IMG/VR virus record: IMGVR_UViG_3300013289_000006
DNA: 64,000 bases
Reading direction: 5' to 3' (one strand)
Origin: a virus
Under the pieces are notes generated by a model, which saw nothing but the letters and a program-made list of their open reading frames with translations, had not been told where the DNA came from and made no database searches. The position numbers and the translations under genes are program-made. Shown piece after piece: positions 19,600 through 27,327 of this stretch. The first letter of the stretch is position 1. Each line of letters starts with the position of its first letter.

Positions 19600-20271
19600 A
19601 TGAAGCGCAAGAACAGCGAGAAAAAGGGTTCGGTTCGTGGATGCTCGATCATATTTATGTTCCTGCTGATCGGGTTCGTGTTTTATGTGGTGAACGAGAT
19701 CAGCCGGCCAGCGCCTCGATCAGCCCCTACCCCTGAAGGCGGCGTGACGATGATTCCACAAGCGACAGGAGAAGCGGTGATGAGCAATCTGGATTTGATC
19801 AAGACGACGCTGACGATGGCGCAGACTCCGCCGATTTTGGACGTGGTGGTGAATGATGACATTAAGCGGGTGCAGATCGTCTTCACATCGGGGAACACGC
19901 TGGCGGAGATCGAACAGCAGATGCAGACGGTTTTTTGTGCCGCAGCGCCGGTGATCCCCGCCGGTTACGATATGCGGCTGGGGGCAAAGGCCAGCAACAG
20001 CATTACGCTGGCGACGGCGGTAATTAATGCGAACAAGATGCGACCTGCTAGCTGCGTGGGGAACATCAATTGGGCGACGTTCGCGGACGAATATAACCCG
20101 GCGAGCGGGTTGGTGGCTGCACCGACGGTTGCCCGCGCTGCACCACAGCAGCAGCAGCGGCGGCCTGACAACTGCGAAGAGGCGCGAGCGATGGGATTAA
20201 GTGAGCGCGAGGCGGCTCAGTGGGATCATTTAGACCGCGATAATGATGGGGTTGCCTGCTACGGCGACTAG
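19600..20271 (+). CDS. Membrane protein with C-terminal Excalibur Ca-binding domain (moron-like)
   Basis: N-terminal TM; NCEEARAMG...HLDRDNDGVACY. Confidence 0.8.
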   Translation: MKRKNSEKKGSVRGCSIIFMFLLIGFVFYVVNEISRPAPRSAPTPEGGVTMIPQATGEAVMSNLDLIKTTLTMAQTPPILDVVVNDDIKRVQIVFTSGNTLAEIEQQMQTVFCAAAPVIPAGYDMRLGAKASNSITLATAVINANKMRPASCVGNINWATFADEYNPASGLVAAPTVARAAPQQQQRRPDNCEEARAMGLSEREAAQWDHLDRDNDGVACYGD

Positions 20272-20276
20272 CTAAA

Positions 20277-20374
20277 TTGACAGCAGCGCACGAGGGGGGT
20301 GGGTGCGCTGCTGCCAACCGGAGAACCGGACGAGAAAGGGAAGAACGAACAGCCCCTAGTTTGACAGCAGCGCA
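20277..20374. repeat. Three copies of TTGACAGCAGCGCA (two direct, one inverted)
   Basis: 20277..20290, inverted 20304..20317 (1 mismatch), 20361..20374. Confidence 0.8.
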
Positions 20375-20386
20375 ACCGGTTAACGC

Positions 20387-20635
20387 TCACGAATCATCGG
20401 GCGTACCAAATTGGTCGAAGAACTGGGCGCGGCTAAGGGTGATGTAGTAGGCAGCACAGCGCGGGTTGAGACAGTCGGTGAGGGTGTAGCCGGGGCGATC
20501 CGGCAAGCCGGAGGGCTGGTCGAATTCGCGGCGGGTGTATTCCCCACAGGACGGGCAGCACAAGCCTTCGGTTTGCAGGTAGCTGGCGCGACCCGGACGG
20601 TCGATGCGACGGCGGGTGGGTTGAGGGGGCATCAT
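20387..20635 (-). CDS. Small zinc-ribbon protein
   Basis: CPSC...CLNPRC; starts right after the recombinase stop. Confidence 0.6.
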   Translation of the reverse strand: MMPPQPTRRRIDRPGRASYLQTEGLCCPSCGEYTRREFDQPSGLPDRPGYTLTDCLNPRCAAYYITLSRAQFFDQFGTPDDS

Positions 20636-20636
20636 G

Positions 20637-21788
20637 TTAAGCCCCCTGCTGAAGGTGCGGCACGCTGAAGGTGACGCGCTTGGAGAGCAAGGCGCGGGAC
20701 AGATCCTGCTCTTGGCCGACATACTTTTCGGTCGTCGCGATGGAACGGTGACGAAGCTGGGCGCGGATTTGATCCCACTCGAAACCATGACCACGCATGA
20801 GGTAGGCGCAGGTGCGGCGCAGATCGTGCGCGCCGATGCCCTTGCCGAGGACGGCAGCGGTGCGGCGGTTGACGATCTGGAGGACGGCGCGCGCGCTGAG
20901 GCCGTCGTGGGTGGGGATGACCGAACCGCCCTTGAGGAGCGGCTGAAAAAGGGGCACGTCGCCGGTGATGTGATGGGCAGGATCGGCGGCGGCATTCCAC
21001 GCGCTGACCCACTGGTGGATGAGATCAAAGGCTTCGGAATCGATGCCTATTGGATCGTGATTGTTGCGCTTGCCACGGACGCGCACTTCGTAGCAGTCCT
21101 TGCCGGGGGTGATGCTGTTGAGGGTGAGGCGGGCGAGTTCGGCGGCGCGGAGGCCGGAGCTGATGCCCAGATAGAGCATGGCCAGATCGCGCTTGCCGGT
21201 GAGGGTGTCGAGCTGGCCGGTGAACGACTCCAGCAGGGTGTTGACCTGCACGAGGGTGAGGCGCGTGCCATGCTGCTCCAGCGCGGGGCGGTTGGAGGTG
21301 CGATCAGGGGCGGGGTTTTTGACGGCGGCGGCAAGGCGGAACTGGCGTTGGGCTTCCATGACAAAGAGCATGTCCTGACCGGATTGGAGGTTGGTGACGG
21401 GCTGCTCTTCGAGGGCGCGGAGCCAGAGGCGGACGGCGGCCATGTAGCGGGTGATGGTGCTGCTGCTGAGGCTGGCGCGTTTGCAGCGGGCGATGTAGTC
21501 GGTGACGGCGGACTTGGTGGGCATGAGCATGTCGTCGAAGCGGAAGGTGTAGTCTTCCCCTCCGTGGTGCAGGACACGCGCGCCGAGATGGCCGCAGAAA
21601 TCGGCGAGGGAGGAGAGGTAGGCGCGCATGGTGTGGCGCTCGAAGCGGCTGCCGGGCAGCGACTCGATGTGGTTGGTGACCTCCTCCAGCGCGGCGAGCG
21701 GATCGAAGAAGCGCAGCCAGAGGGCGGACTCGTCAGACGATTGAGGAGCTACTATAATCTGGGACGGGGATTGGATCGCGGAAATCAT
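20637..21788 (-). CDS. Tyrosine recombinase (XerC/D-like)
   Basis: RDLAML...GLRAAEL, RGK, HDLRRT, QLRH, TTEKY; ATG 21788 with AAAGGA RBS. Confidence 0.93.
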   Translation of the reverse strand: MISAIQSPSQIIVAPQSSDESALWLRFFDPLAALEEVTNHIESLPGSRFERHTMRAYLSSLADFCGHLGARVLHHGGEDYTFRFDDMLMPTKSAVTDYIARCKRASLSSSTITRYMAAVRLWLRALEEQPVTNLQSGQDMLFVMEAQRQFRLAAAVKNPAPDRTSNRPALEQHGTRLTLVQVNTLLESFTGQLDTLTGKRDLAMLYLGISSGLRAAELARLTLNSITPGKDCYEVRVRGKRNNHDPIGIDSEAFDLIHQWVSAWNAAADPAHHITGDVPLFQPLLKGGSVIPTHDGLSARAVLQIVNRRTAAVLGKGIGAHDLRRTCAYLMRGHGFEWDQIRAQLRHRSIATTEKYVGQEQDLSRALLSKRVTFSVPHLQQGA

Positions 21789-21835
21789 TTCAATTCCTTT
21801 CGGGTAATCTGCTTTCTCGGAAGTGATTGCTCCGG

Positions 21836-21872
21836 TCAAAGCGCCTTCGACTGGTACTCGAAGGCGTTTTGA
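21836..21872. terminator. Strong hairpin upstream of the recombinase gene
   Basis: CAAAGCGCCTTCGA-CTGGTAC-TCGAAGGCGTTTTG. Confidence 0.55.
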
Positions 21873-21881
21873 TTTCTCCGT

Positions 21882-22007
21882 TGCATCAAATATTTAGTGC
21901 AATAGTACAACAAGTACTTAACGTAGTCAAATGGTATTCGTGAATTATTCGTTATAAAAATGAAACACATACACCAAACACTTGTCATGCACCAAATGTT
22001 TGTGTTA
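21882..22007. promoter_or_regulatory. AT-rich divergent control region with four operator-like boxes
   Basis: TGCATCAAATATTTAGTGCA 21882, TACAACAAGTACTTAACGTA 21906, TACACCAAACACTTGTCATG 21970, TGCACCAAATGTTTGTGTTA 21988. Confidence 0.5.
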
Positions 22008-22037
22008 TTTTAAGAAAAGGTTAGCAGGAAGAAGGTC

Positions 22038-22301
22038 ATGTCAAACAAAAAGTTTCTCATCAAATTGAGCGACCACGTCAATAAACAACATTGGACTGCT
22101 TATGCTGTCGCAAAACAATTGGGTCTGAACCAGACAACTGTCCGCAAGTTCATGTCAGGGCATGTGGTTATGGAATATCTTCCGAATCATGTGATCCAGA
22201 TCGCGGAGTTCTACGGTTTAGATTGGCATGATAAATCAGTAGTGGAAGTGATTGAGGAATCCTTGGGGCAAATCAAAGCTCCACTCGCTCTCCCGGCCTG
22301 A
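22038..22301 (+). CDS. XRE/Cro-like helix-turn-helix regulator
   Basis: WTAYAVAKQLGLNQTTVRKF...IAEFYGL. Confidence 0.8.
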   Translation: MSNKKFLIKLSDHVNKQHWTAYAVAKQLGLNQTTVRKFMSGHVVMEYLPNHVIQIAEFYGLDWHDKSVVEVIEESLGQIKAPLALPA

Positions 22302-22330
22302 GAAACTGGAAGCAAGTGGAGCTTTTGATT
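22271..22330 (+). terminator. Long hairpin over the end of the HTH gene
   Basis: AATCAAAGCTCCACT ... AGTGGAGCTTTTGATT. Confidence 0.5.
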
Positions 22331-22708
22331 ACTAGCAGGTGGACATTTTACTGTTCACCCGCGGCGCAACTTAACAACGCCATAACCCCCCACTGGTGAA
22401 GGAAAGGCCAGCGAGGTTTGTTACAGAGAGGGCATCGCGCCTACCCTGTAACAGTGAGCCAGTTTGCTCAGAGGCCGGCGGAACCCGACAGCCGAGGCGA
22501 TGACATGCGAAACGGCCGTTCATCGCTTCGGACTAGGGGACAGCGGATTGGCCTTCACGGCTCCCTCGCTTTCCATGCGGCAGATTGGAACGCCCAAGCT
22601 GCTTCCCCAACTGATGGCAAACCTACTCGGACATCAGCAGACAATCATCGCGATTGTGGAGAACCCCTTAGTCGTTCAAGGTTTGGGGGGTTCTCTATGC
22701 TGATGGTA

Positions 22709-22744
22709 TCGGGGCGGCGGGACTCGAACCCACGACCTCTTGTC
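22709..22744 (-). other. attP core: 3' half of a tRNA (probably tRNA-Pro)
   Basis: Minus strand GACAAG AGGTC GTGGG TTCGAGT CCCGC CGCCCCG A = variable loop, T arm and acceptor 3' strand with no 5' half; ~20 bp past the integrase stop; hairpin at about 22659..22696. Confidence 0.8.
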
Positions 22745-22765
22745 GTTCGTTCAAAGCCTGCAAGC

Positions 22766-23683
22766 CTAACCGGTTCTCCATCCAGCATCAATAATTTTAG
22801 GTGCAGTAAGCGGCTGAGCGGGGTCGTAACCAAGCTCTTCAACGGCTTGGCGGACGCGATCCCAGTCGTCGGGATAATAATTTTCGAGCGTCATTTTGAC
22901 ATCGCTGTGACCCAGAAGCTGGGCGGCGATGGTTGGGCTAACGCGGGCGTCGGCCAGTTGATAGCCTTTGCGGTGACGGAGCGAGTGCGGCCCCCATGAG
23001 CCAACCCCTGCTTTGATGCAGGCACGGCGGAAGAACTGGCCGAGGTTGTCGTTCTTAATGAGGCGGCCATCTTCGCTAAACACGAAATCACCACGGCGAC
23101 GAGCGGACTGCTCTTGATGCCAGCGCATGAGGGCACGCCCACATTCCTCACGGAAGAAGACGGGGCGCGCCGGCTGACCTTTTTCGACCACGATGGCGCG
23201 GCGGTTGTGCAGGTCAATATCTGACCAGCGCAGCCCGGCAGCTCCGCCGATGCGGTTGCCAGCATCCCCCAGAAACAGGACAAGCGCATAGGTACGGCGA
23301 TCCCACTTGGCGAAATCGAGTAGCTGGCGGTAGAGCGCTTCCGGCATGGCTTTTTCGCGGCTGACGGTGGTGGTCTGGCGGAGGCGTTTGAGCGCGAGGG
23401 CGGGCGACTTGCCGGGATGGTCGGAGACGCGAATCCACCAGTTGAAGAAGGTGCGCACGGTTTTGACGAACTTGTTGTAGGTGGCGGGGGAGCGCACGGT
23501 GGGGCGGCTGCGAACCTTTTGGCCGAACTCGATGAGATGCTCCGGACGAATGTCGGAGAGCTTGCGAGACGCGCCCACAAAATCGCGCATGGCGTTTAGA
23601 TCATACAAATAGCTTTTCCGGGTGGAGGCGATCTGTTCATTGAGGAACAGGCGAACCGCCTCACCAAGTATGAGATCGGACAT
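22766..23683 (-). CDS. int: Phage integrase (tyrosine recombinase)
   Basis: GNRIGG, EKG, HSLRH, LLGHS, ENYY; AAGGAG RBS; adjacent to attP. Confidence 0.92.
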   Translation of the reverse strand: MSDLILGEAVRLFLNEQIASTRKSYLYDLNAMRDFVGASRKLSDIRPEHLIEFGQKVRSRPTVRSPATYNKFVKTVRTFFNWWIRVSDHPGKSPALALKRLRQTTTVSREKAMPEALYRQLLDFAKWDRRTYALVLFLGDAGNRIGGAAGLRWSDIDLHNRRAIVVEKGQPARPVFFREECGRALMRWHQEQSARRRGDFVFSEDGRLIKNDNLGQFFRRACIKAGVGSWGPHSLRHRKGYQLADARVSPTIAAQLLGHSDVKMTLENYYPDDWDRVRQAVEELGYDPAQPLTAPKIIDAGWRTG

Positions 23684-23730
23684 GGTTTTGGAGACTCCTT
23701 TCGCAAAATAGTTTAGCACGGAGATAGGGA

Positions 23731-23964
23731 ATGGACAGCAACGACGACAGAAAACCGTTAGGGCGTTCGAAAAGATGTGGTGGGGGGCAGCGCGTGAAGC
23801 GCCGGCCTGAGGAATTGGCGCTGTTCGGGCTGCGGCTGCGGGGGCTGCTGGAGCCGGTGATGCGTCCGGACGGGTTGGTGGGGTACGGGCTGACGGATGA
23901 AGCCCGCGCGATGCTGAAGCAGATCAACGCGGAGGACGGGCATGACGTTGATGACGTTGGCTGA
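23731..23964 (+). CDS. Small hypothetical protein (winged-helix-like)
   Basis: LRLRGLLE...YGLTDEAR; first gene of the rightward early operon. Confidence 0.5.
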   Translation: MDSNDDRKPLGRSKRCGGGQRVKRRPEELALFGLRLRGLLEPVMRPDGLVGYGLTDEARAMLKQINAEDGHDVDDVG

Positions 23965-24382
23965 GTTGGAGGCGCTGACGACGCGCCATATACCACCCCC
24001 TCCCCCGCCGATGACGGCACGGGACGGGCGTCACCAGATCTTGGGGGCGATCAAGATCATCGCGCGGATGAGCGGGATGAGCATGGTGACGGACGTGGCA
24101 CCGGTGGAGCTGCTGGTGCGGCGGATCGACGAGCTGGAGGCGGAGGCGCAGCGGCGCGAGGCGGAGATCAAGCAGTACCGCGAGGCGCTGGCGGCGGTTG
24201 GAATCGCGCTGGAGGCACACAGCGACCCGTTCGAGGCGAAGGTGGCGAGCAAGTGGGCGAAGAGCGACCTCGTGAACTGGATACAGGCGGTGTGCCAATC
24301 GATGGCGTGGGTGATGACACGGGCGGAGAACGCGCTCGACCCGGAGCACGCGCAGCCGGTGAGCGGGGAGATCGGGCGATGA
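23942..24382 (+). CDS. Hypothetical coiled-coil protein
   Basis: 146 aa with genome-typical codon use; ATGA coupling. Confidence 0.65.
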   Translation: MTLMTLAELEALTTRHIPPPPPPMTARDGRHQILGAIKIIARMSGMSMVTDVAPVELLVRRIDELEAEAQRREAEIKQYREALAAVGIALEAHSDPFEAKVASKWAKSDLVNWIQAVCQSMAWVMTRAENALDPEHAQPVSGEIGR

Positions 24383-24825
24383 AGCGGATGCTGCAAGGCG
24401 GCGTGATCTTGGCGCTGGCAAAGCGGACGCACCGGGAGATCGGGGCGGTGGGCGAACGGTGGCTGGCGGAGGCATTGGAGCGGCAAGGCTACCGGGTGGC
24501 GTACACCGGCGCGGGGGAAAAGCGCGGCGATCTGGTGGTGGTGGATGTGGTGAGCGGAGAGGTGCGCAAGATCGAGGTGAAGACGGCACGGAAGGCGAAG
24601 GATGGGAAGTGGCGCTTCACGCTGGTGAAGGACGGCTGCACGAGCCATTTGAACGCCGATCTGGTGGCGCTGCTGGCGGTGATGGAGAGCGGGCGGGTGG
24701 TTCCGTTCATCATGCCAGTGGAGGCGGTGAAGCAGCAGCGACAGGCCGTGATCACGAGCCATCCGGAGCGCTACGCCGGGAAGCTGGCGCGGTGGCGGAT
24801 GGAAAGTCAACAGATCGTTTTATAG
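24379..24825 (+). CDS. PD-(D/E)XK nuclease (Hjc/YraN-like, possible resolvase)
   Basis: GAVGERWLAEALERQGYRV...GDLVV...IEVKT. Confidence 0.8.
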   Translation: MKRMLQGGVILALAKRTHREIGAVGERWLAEALERQGYRVAYTGAGEKRGDLVVVDVVSGEVRKIEVKTARKAKDGKWRFTLVKDGCTSHLNADLVALLAVMESGRVVPFIMPVEAVKQQRQAVITSHPERYAGKLARWRMESQQIVL

Positions 24826-24840
24826 CGAAAGGGAAACGAC

Positions 24841-25083
24841 ATGATTCAGATCGTTCAGGTTCCAGTGGCGTGGTCGATGACGAAGCAAGCCCAACACTTT
24901 GCTGAGGAGTTGGGGAACATGCCCAGAATTCAGGAAATGCGAGACAAGGAACATGAGCAGGCGAAAGCGCAGTTGGACACCTGTTTGGAAGGTGGTTTTA
25001 CGCTGCTTTCGACTGTGGTGGTGGAAGTGACCAGCCGAACCTTACTGATGTACACGCTGCATAAGCCCGACAAGAGCGGTTGA
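24841..25083 (+). CDS. Hypothetical protein
   Basis: 80 aa with AAAGGG RBS. Confidence 0.6.
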   Translation: MIQIVQVPVAWSMTKQAQHFAEELGNMPRIQEMRDKEHEQAKAQLDTCLEGGFTLLSTVVVEVTSRTLLMYTLHKPDKSG

Positions 25084-25104
25084 GAAAGGCCATTATCGGA
25101 AGTG

Positions 25105-25410
25105 ATGTACACGATGGAACACTGCTGGCAAGTGACGGACGCGCTGGTGCGGGAGGTGATGCTGCTGGACGGGGACGACGACCAGCGGGCGAATCCGAAG
25201 TACAGCGCGTGGGTGGAGAACTATGTAGACGGCATGAGCCGGGCGGCGCGCGTGGCCTTTTTGCAGGGGCGCGGCTACCGCTATTCGACGACATTAGGCC
25301 GATGGGTGGAGGACAAACGTGAAGCGTTCACAAATCGTGGTGGTGGTGATCGTGGCGGCGCTGTGGCTGCTGCTGGTGGTGGGGATGGTGGTGGTGCAGG
25401 ACGCGGGTGA
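25105..25410 (+). CDS. Hypothetical protein
   Basis: ORF with typical codon bias; C-terminus overlaps the next gene. Confidence 0.5.
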   Translation: MYTMEHCWQVTDALVREVMLLDGDDDQRANPKYSAWVENYVDGMSRAARVAFLQGRGYRYSTTLGRWVEDKREAFTNRGGGDRGGAVAAAGGGDGGGAGRG

Positions 25411-25474
25411 CGGGCGGTGCAGCGGCTTGCACGTCGGTGGGGGCGACTGTATCGAGATGATCGGGGGGCGGTGA
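25319..25474 (+). CDS. Small single-pass membrane protein (51 aa, not in ORF track)
   Basis: GGAGGA RBS, GTG start, MKRSQIVVVVIVAALWLLLVVGMVVVQD... Confidence 0.55.
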   Translation: MKRSQIVVVVIVAALWLLLVVGMVVVQDAGDGRCSGLHVGGGDCIEMIGGR

Positions 25475-25475
25475 G

Positions 25476-26276
25476 ATGCCCCCGATCGCACGAACCACCT
25501 GCCGCGTAGAAGGATGCGGCAAGCCCCGGCATGAATACCCAAAGAGCGGGATATCGGTCTACTGCACCGATCATCTGTATCTGAGAAAGAAATCGCGCAA
25601 AGGGCATGAAATGATGACCGGACCAGAGCGAGACGTACTGCACCTGCTGTTGGAAGCCAAGCGCGCAGGAGAGCCATTTATCCCGCTGCGGTATCCACAG
25701 GCGCATGGCAAGACGCTCAAGCGCCTGTTTGATAAGGATTGGATCTTCGCCAGCGCCGGACTGGATGGAATGCGCTACAAGATCACCCTGCGCGGCGAGA
25801 AAATGCTGGCGTACTACGAAACGACACTCGCCCGGCGGGACAAGATATGCCCGCGCTGCGGGGTGAACCCCAAAATCGTTCTTCAGGACGGGCGGCTGTA
25901 CTCCTACTGCAAAGACTGCGAACGCAAACGTAATATCAAGAAGCGGTTGGAGGGTAAAGCTGAAGGCGATACAGATCGCCCATGTTCGCGCTGCCAGAAG
26001 CGGCACCGGCATCAATACCCCAACGGGAGATGGAGCACCTACTGCAAGCACTGCGAAAGCATCAACCGACGGAAAAATGCCCGTAAGCAGCGGCGCGCCG
26101 AACTTAAGCAGGTCAAGAATGGCGGCCCGGTGCCACTGTGCAAACGCTGCAAGCAGAATCCGCGAAAGGTGCATCCGAACTCGATTGCTACCTACTGCGA
26201 GGCTTGCCTGCCAATCATGCGCAAGCAAACACAATTCAGGCACGTGATCCGTGTTCATAGGTTAGGGAGGGTGTGA
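25476..26276 (+). CDS. Multi-zinc-finger DNA-binding protein
   Basis: Several CxxC...YCxxC units plus a central winged-helix-like segment. Confidence 0.7.
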   Translation: MPPIARTTCRVEGCGKPRHEYPKSGISVYCTDHLYLRKKSRKGHEMMTGPERDVLHLLLEAKRAGEPFIPLRYPQAHGKTLKRLFDKDWIFASAGLDGMRYKITLRGEKMLAYYETTLARRDKICPRCGVNPKIVLQDGRLYSYCKDCERKRNIKKRLEGKAEGDTDRPCSRCQKRHRHQYPNGRWSTYCKHCESINRRKNARKQRRAELKQVKNGGPVPLCKRCKQNPRKVHPNSIATYCEACLPIMRKQTQFRHVIRVHRLGRV

Positions 26277-26277
26277 G

Positions 26278-26499
26278 ATGGTGAAGATGCTGATCGAGAA
26301 CGAGATGGGGTACTGCCCGGTGTGCGGGGAGCTGATGGAGGCGGTGCCGGTCGATGAATATCCCGACAGGGACAAGCAGACGGTGACGGCGTGGGAATGT
26401 GGATACTGCGCGATCGATGTGACGTACACGATACCCATCGATGGGAACGAAGAGGAAGACGGGGTGAACTCGATTGAGATCATCCCATTCGCATCGTAA
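26278..26499 (+). CDS. Zinc-ribbon protein
   Basis: CPVC...CGYC. Confidence 0.65.
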   Translation: MVKMLIENEMGYCPVCGELMEAVPVDEYPDRDKQTVTAWECGYCAIDVTYTIPIDGNEEEDGVNSIEIIPFAS

Positions 26500-26526
26500 A
26501 CGAAATTAGGAAAGGGAAAAACGAAC

Positions 26527-27327
26527 ATGAGCCAGATGAGAGTGATCACATTGTTGAACGAGAAAGGCGGGGTGGGCAAGACGACGACGGCGGTACACAT
26601 CGCGCAGGGGCTGGCGGCGAAGGGGGCGAAGGTGATCCTGCTGGACGGCGACCCACAGGGGCACGCGACGGTGAGATGCGGAATCCGCAAGGGGGCGGGG
26701 TTGTATGACCTGCTGGTGCGGGACGCGAACTGGCAAGACGTGCTGAAGGTGATGCCGCCAGAGCGACACGGACTGCCGGGGCATCCGCTGCCGAGCGGGC
26801 GGGTGTGGGTGGTGCCGAGCAATGTGGAGACGCGGAACATCGCCAACAGCATGAGCGAAGCGGAACGGCTGGCGATCCGGCTGGACGAGCTGCGGGAGCA
26901 GGTGGACTACGTGATCATCGACAGCTCCCCTACCCCGTCGCTGCTGCACGGCGTTTTTTACACGGCGACGGACGCGATTGTGTATCCAACGGAGCTGGCA
27001 TTCACGAGCTTCGATGGGCTGGTGGAAAGCATCAAGCGGCGGATGGCGGCGGACGAGGCACGGATGAGCCGGTGGGCACTGCCGCCGATCAAGGTGCTGG
27101 GGATACTGCCGATGAAGTACCGGAGCAACACGGGCGAGCAGAAGGACAACCTCGCAGAGCTGACGGCGAACTTCGGCAAGCTGGTGTGGGAGCCGGTGGC
27201 GATGCGCACGATCTGGACGGAGAGCGAGGGGCGGGCGCTGCCGGTGTTCAACCTCGCGCCCAGTTCGGAAGCGGCGGCGGATGTGTGGCGGATTTGCAGA
27301 TTAGTCGAGGAAGGTGTGTATGTCTAG
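26527..27327 (+). CDS. parA: ParA/Soj family ATPase
   Basis: NEKGGVGKTT deviant Walker A, DGDPQG, YVIIDSSP. Confidence 0.95.
   Translation: MSQMRVITLLNEKGGVGKTTTAVHIAQGLAAKGAKVILLDGDPQGHATVRCGIRKGAGLYDLLVRDANWQDVLKVMPPERHGLPGHPLPSGRVWVVPSNVETRNIANSMSEAERLAIRLDELREQVDYVIIDSSPTPSLLHGVFYTATDAIVYPTELAFTSFDGLVESIKRRMAADEARMSRWALPPIKVLGILPMKYRSNTGEQKDNLAELTANFGKLVWEPVAMRTIWTESEGRALPVFNLAPSSEAAADVWRICRLVEEGVYV

Noticed and set aside
20634..21872. 412-aa plus-strand ORF, and similar long antisense ORFs (40352..41254, 27248..28576, 36144..37433)
   Set aside because: Shadows of real genes on the other strand in GC-rich DNA; no motifs
22705..22760. Complete tRNA gene
   Set aside because: Only the 3' half is present; interpreted as attP
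22418..22999. ORFs spanning attP
   Set aside because: Weak starts, no motifs, overlap with attP and the integrase; a short ORF from 22500 cannot be excluded
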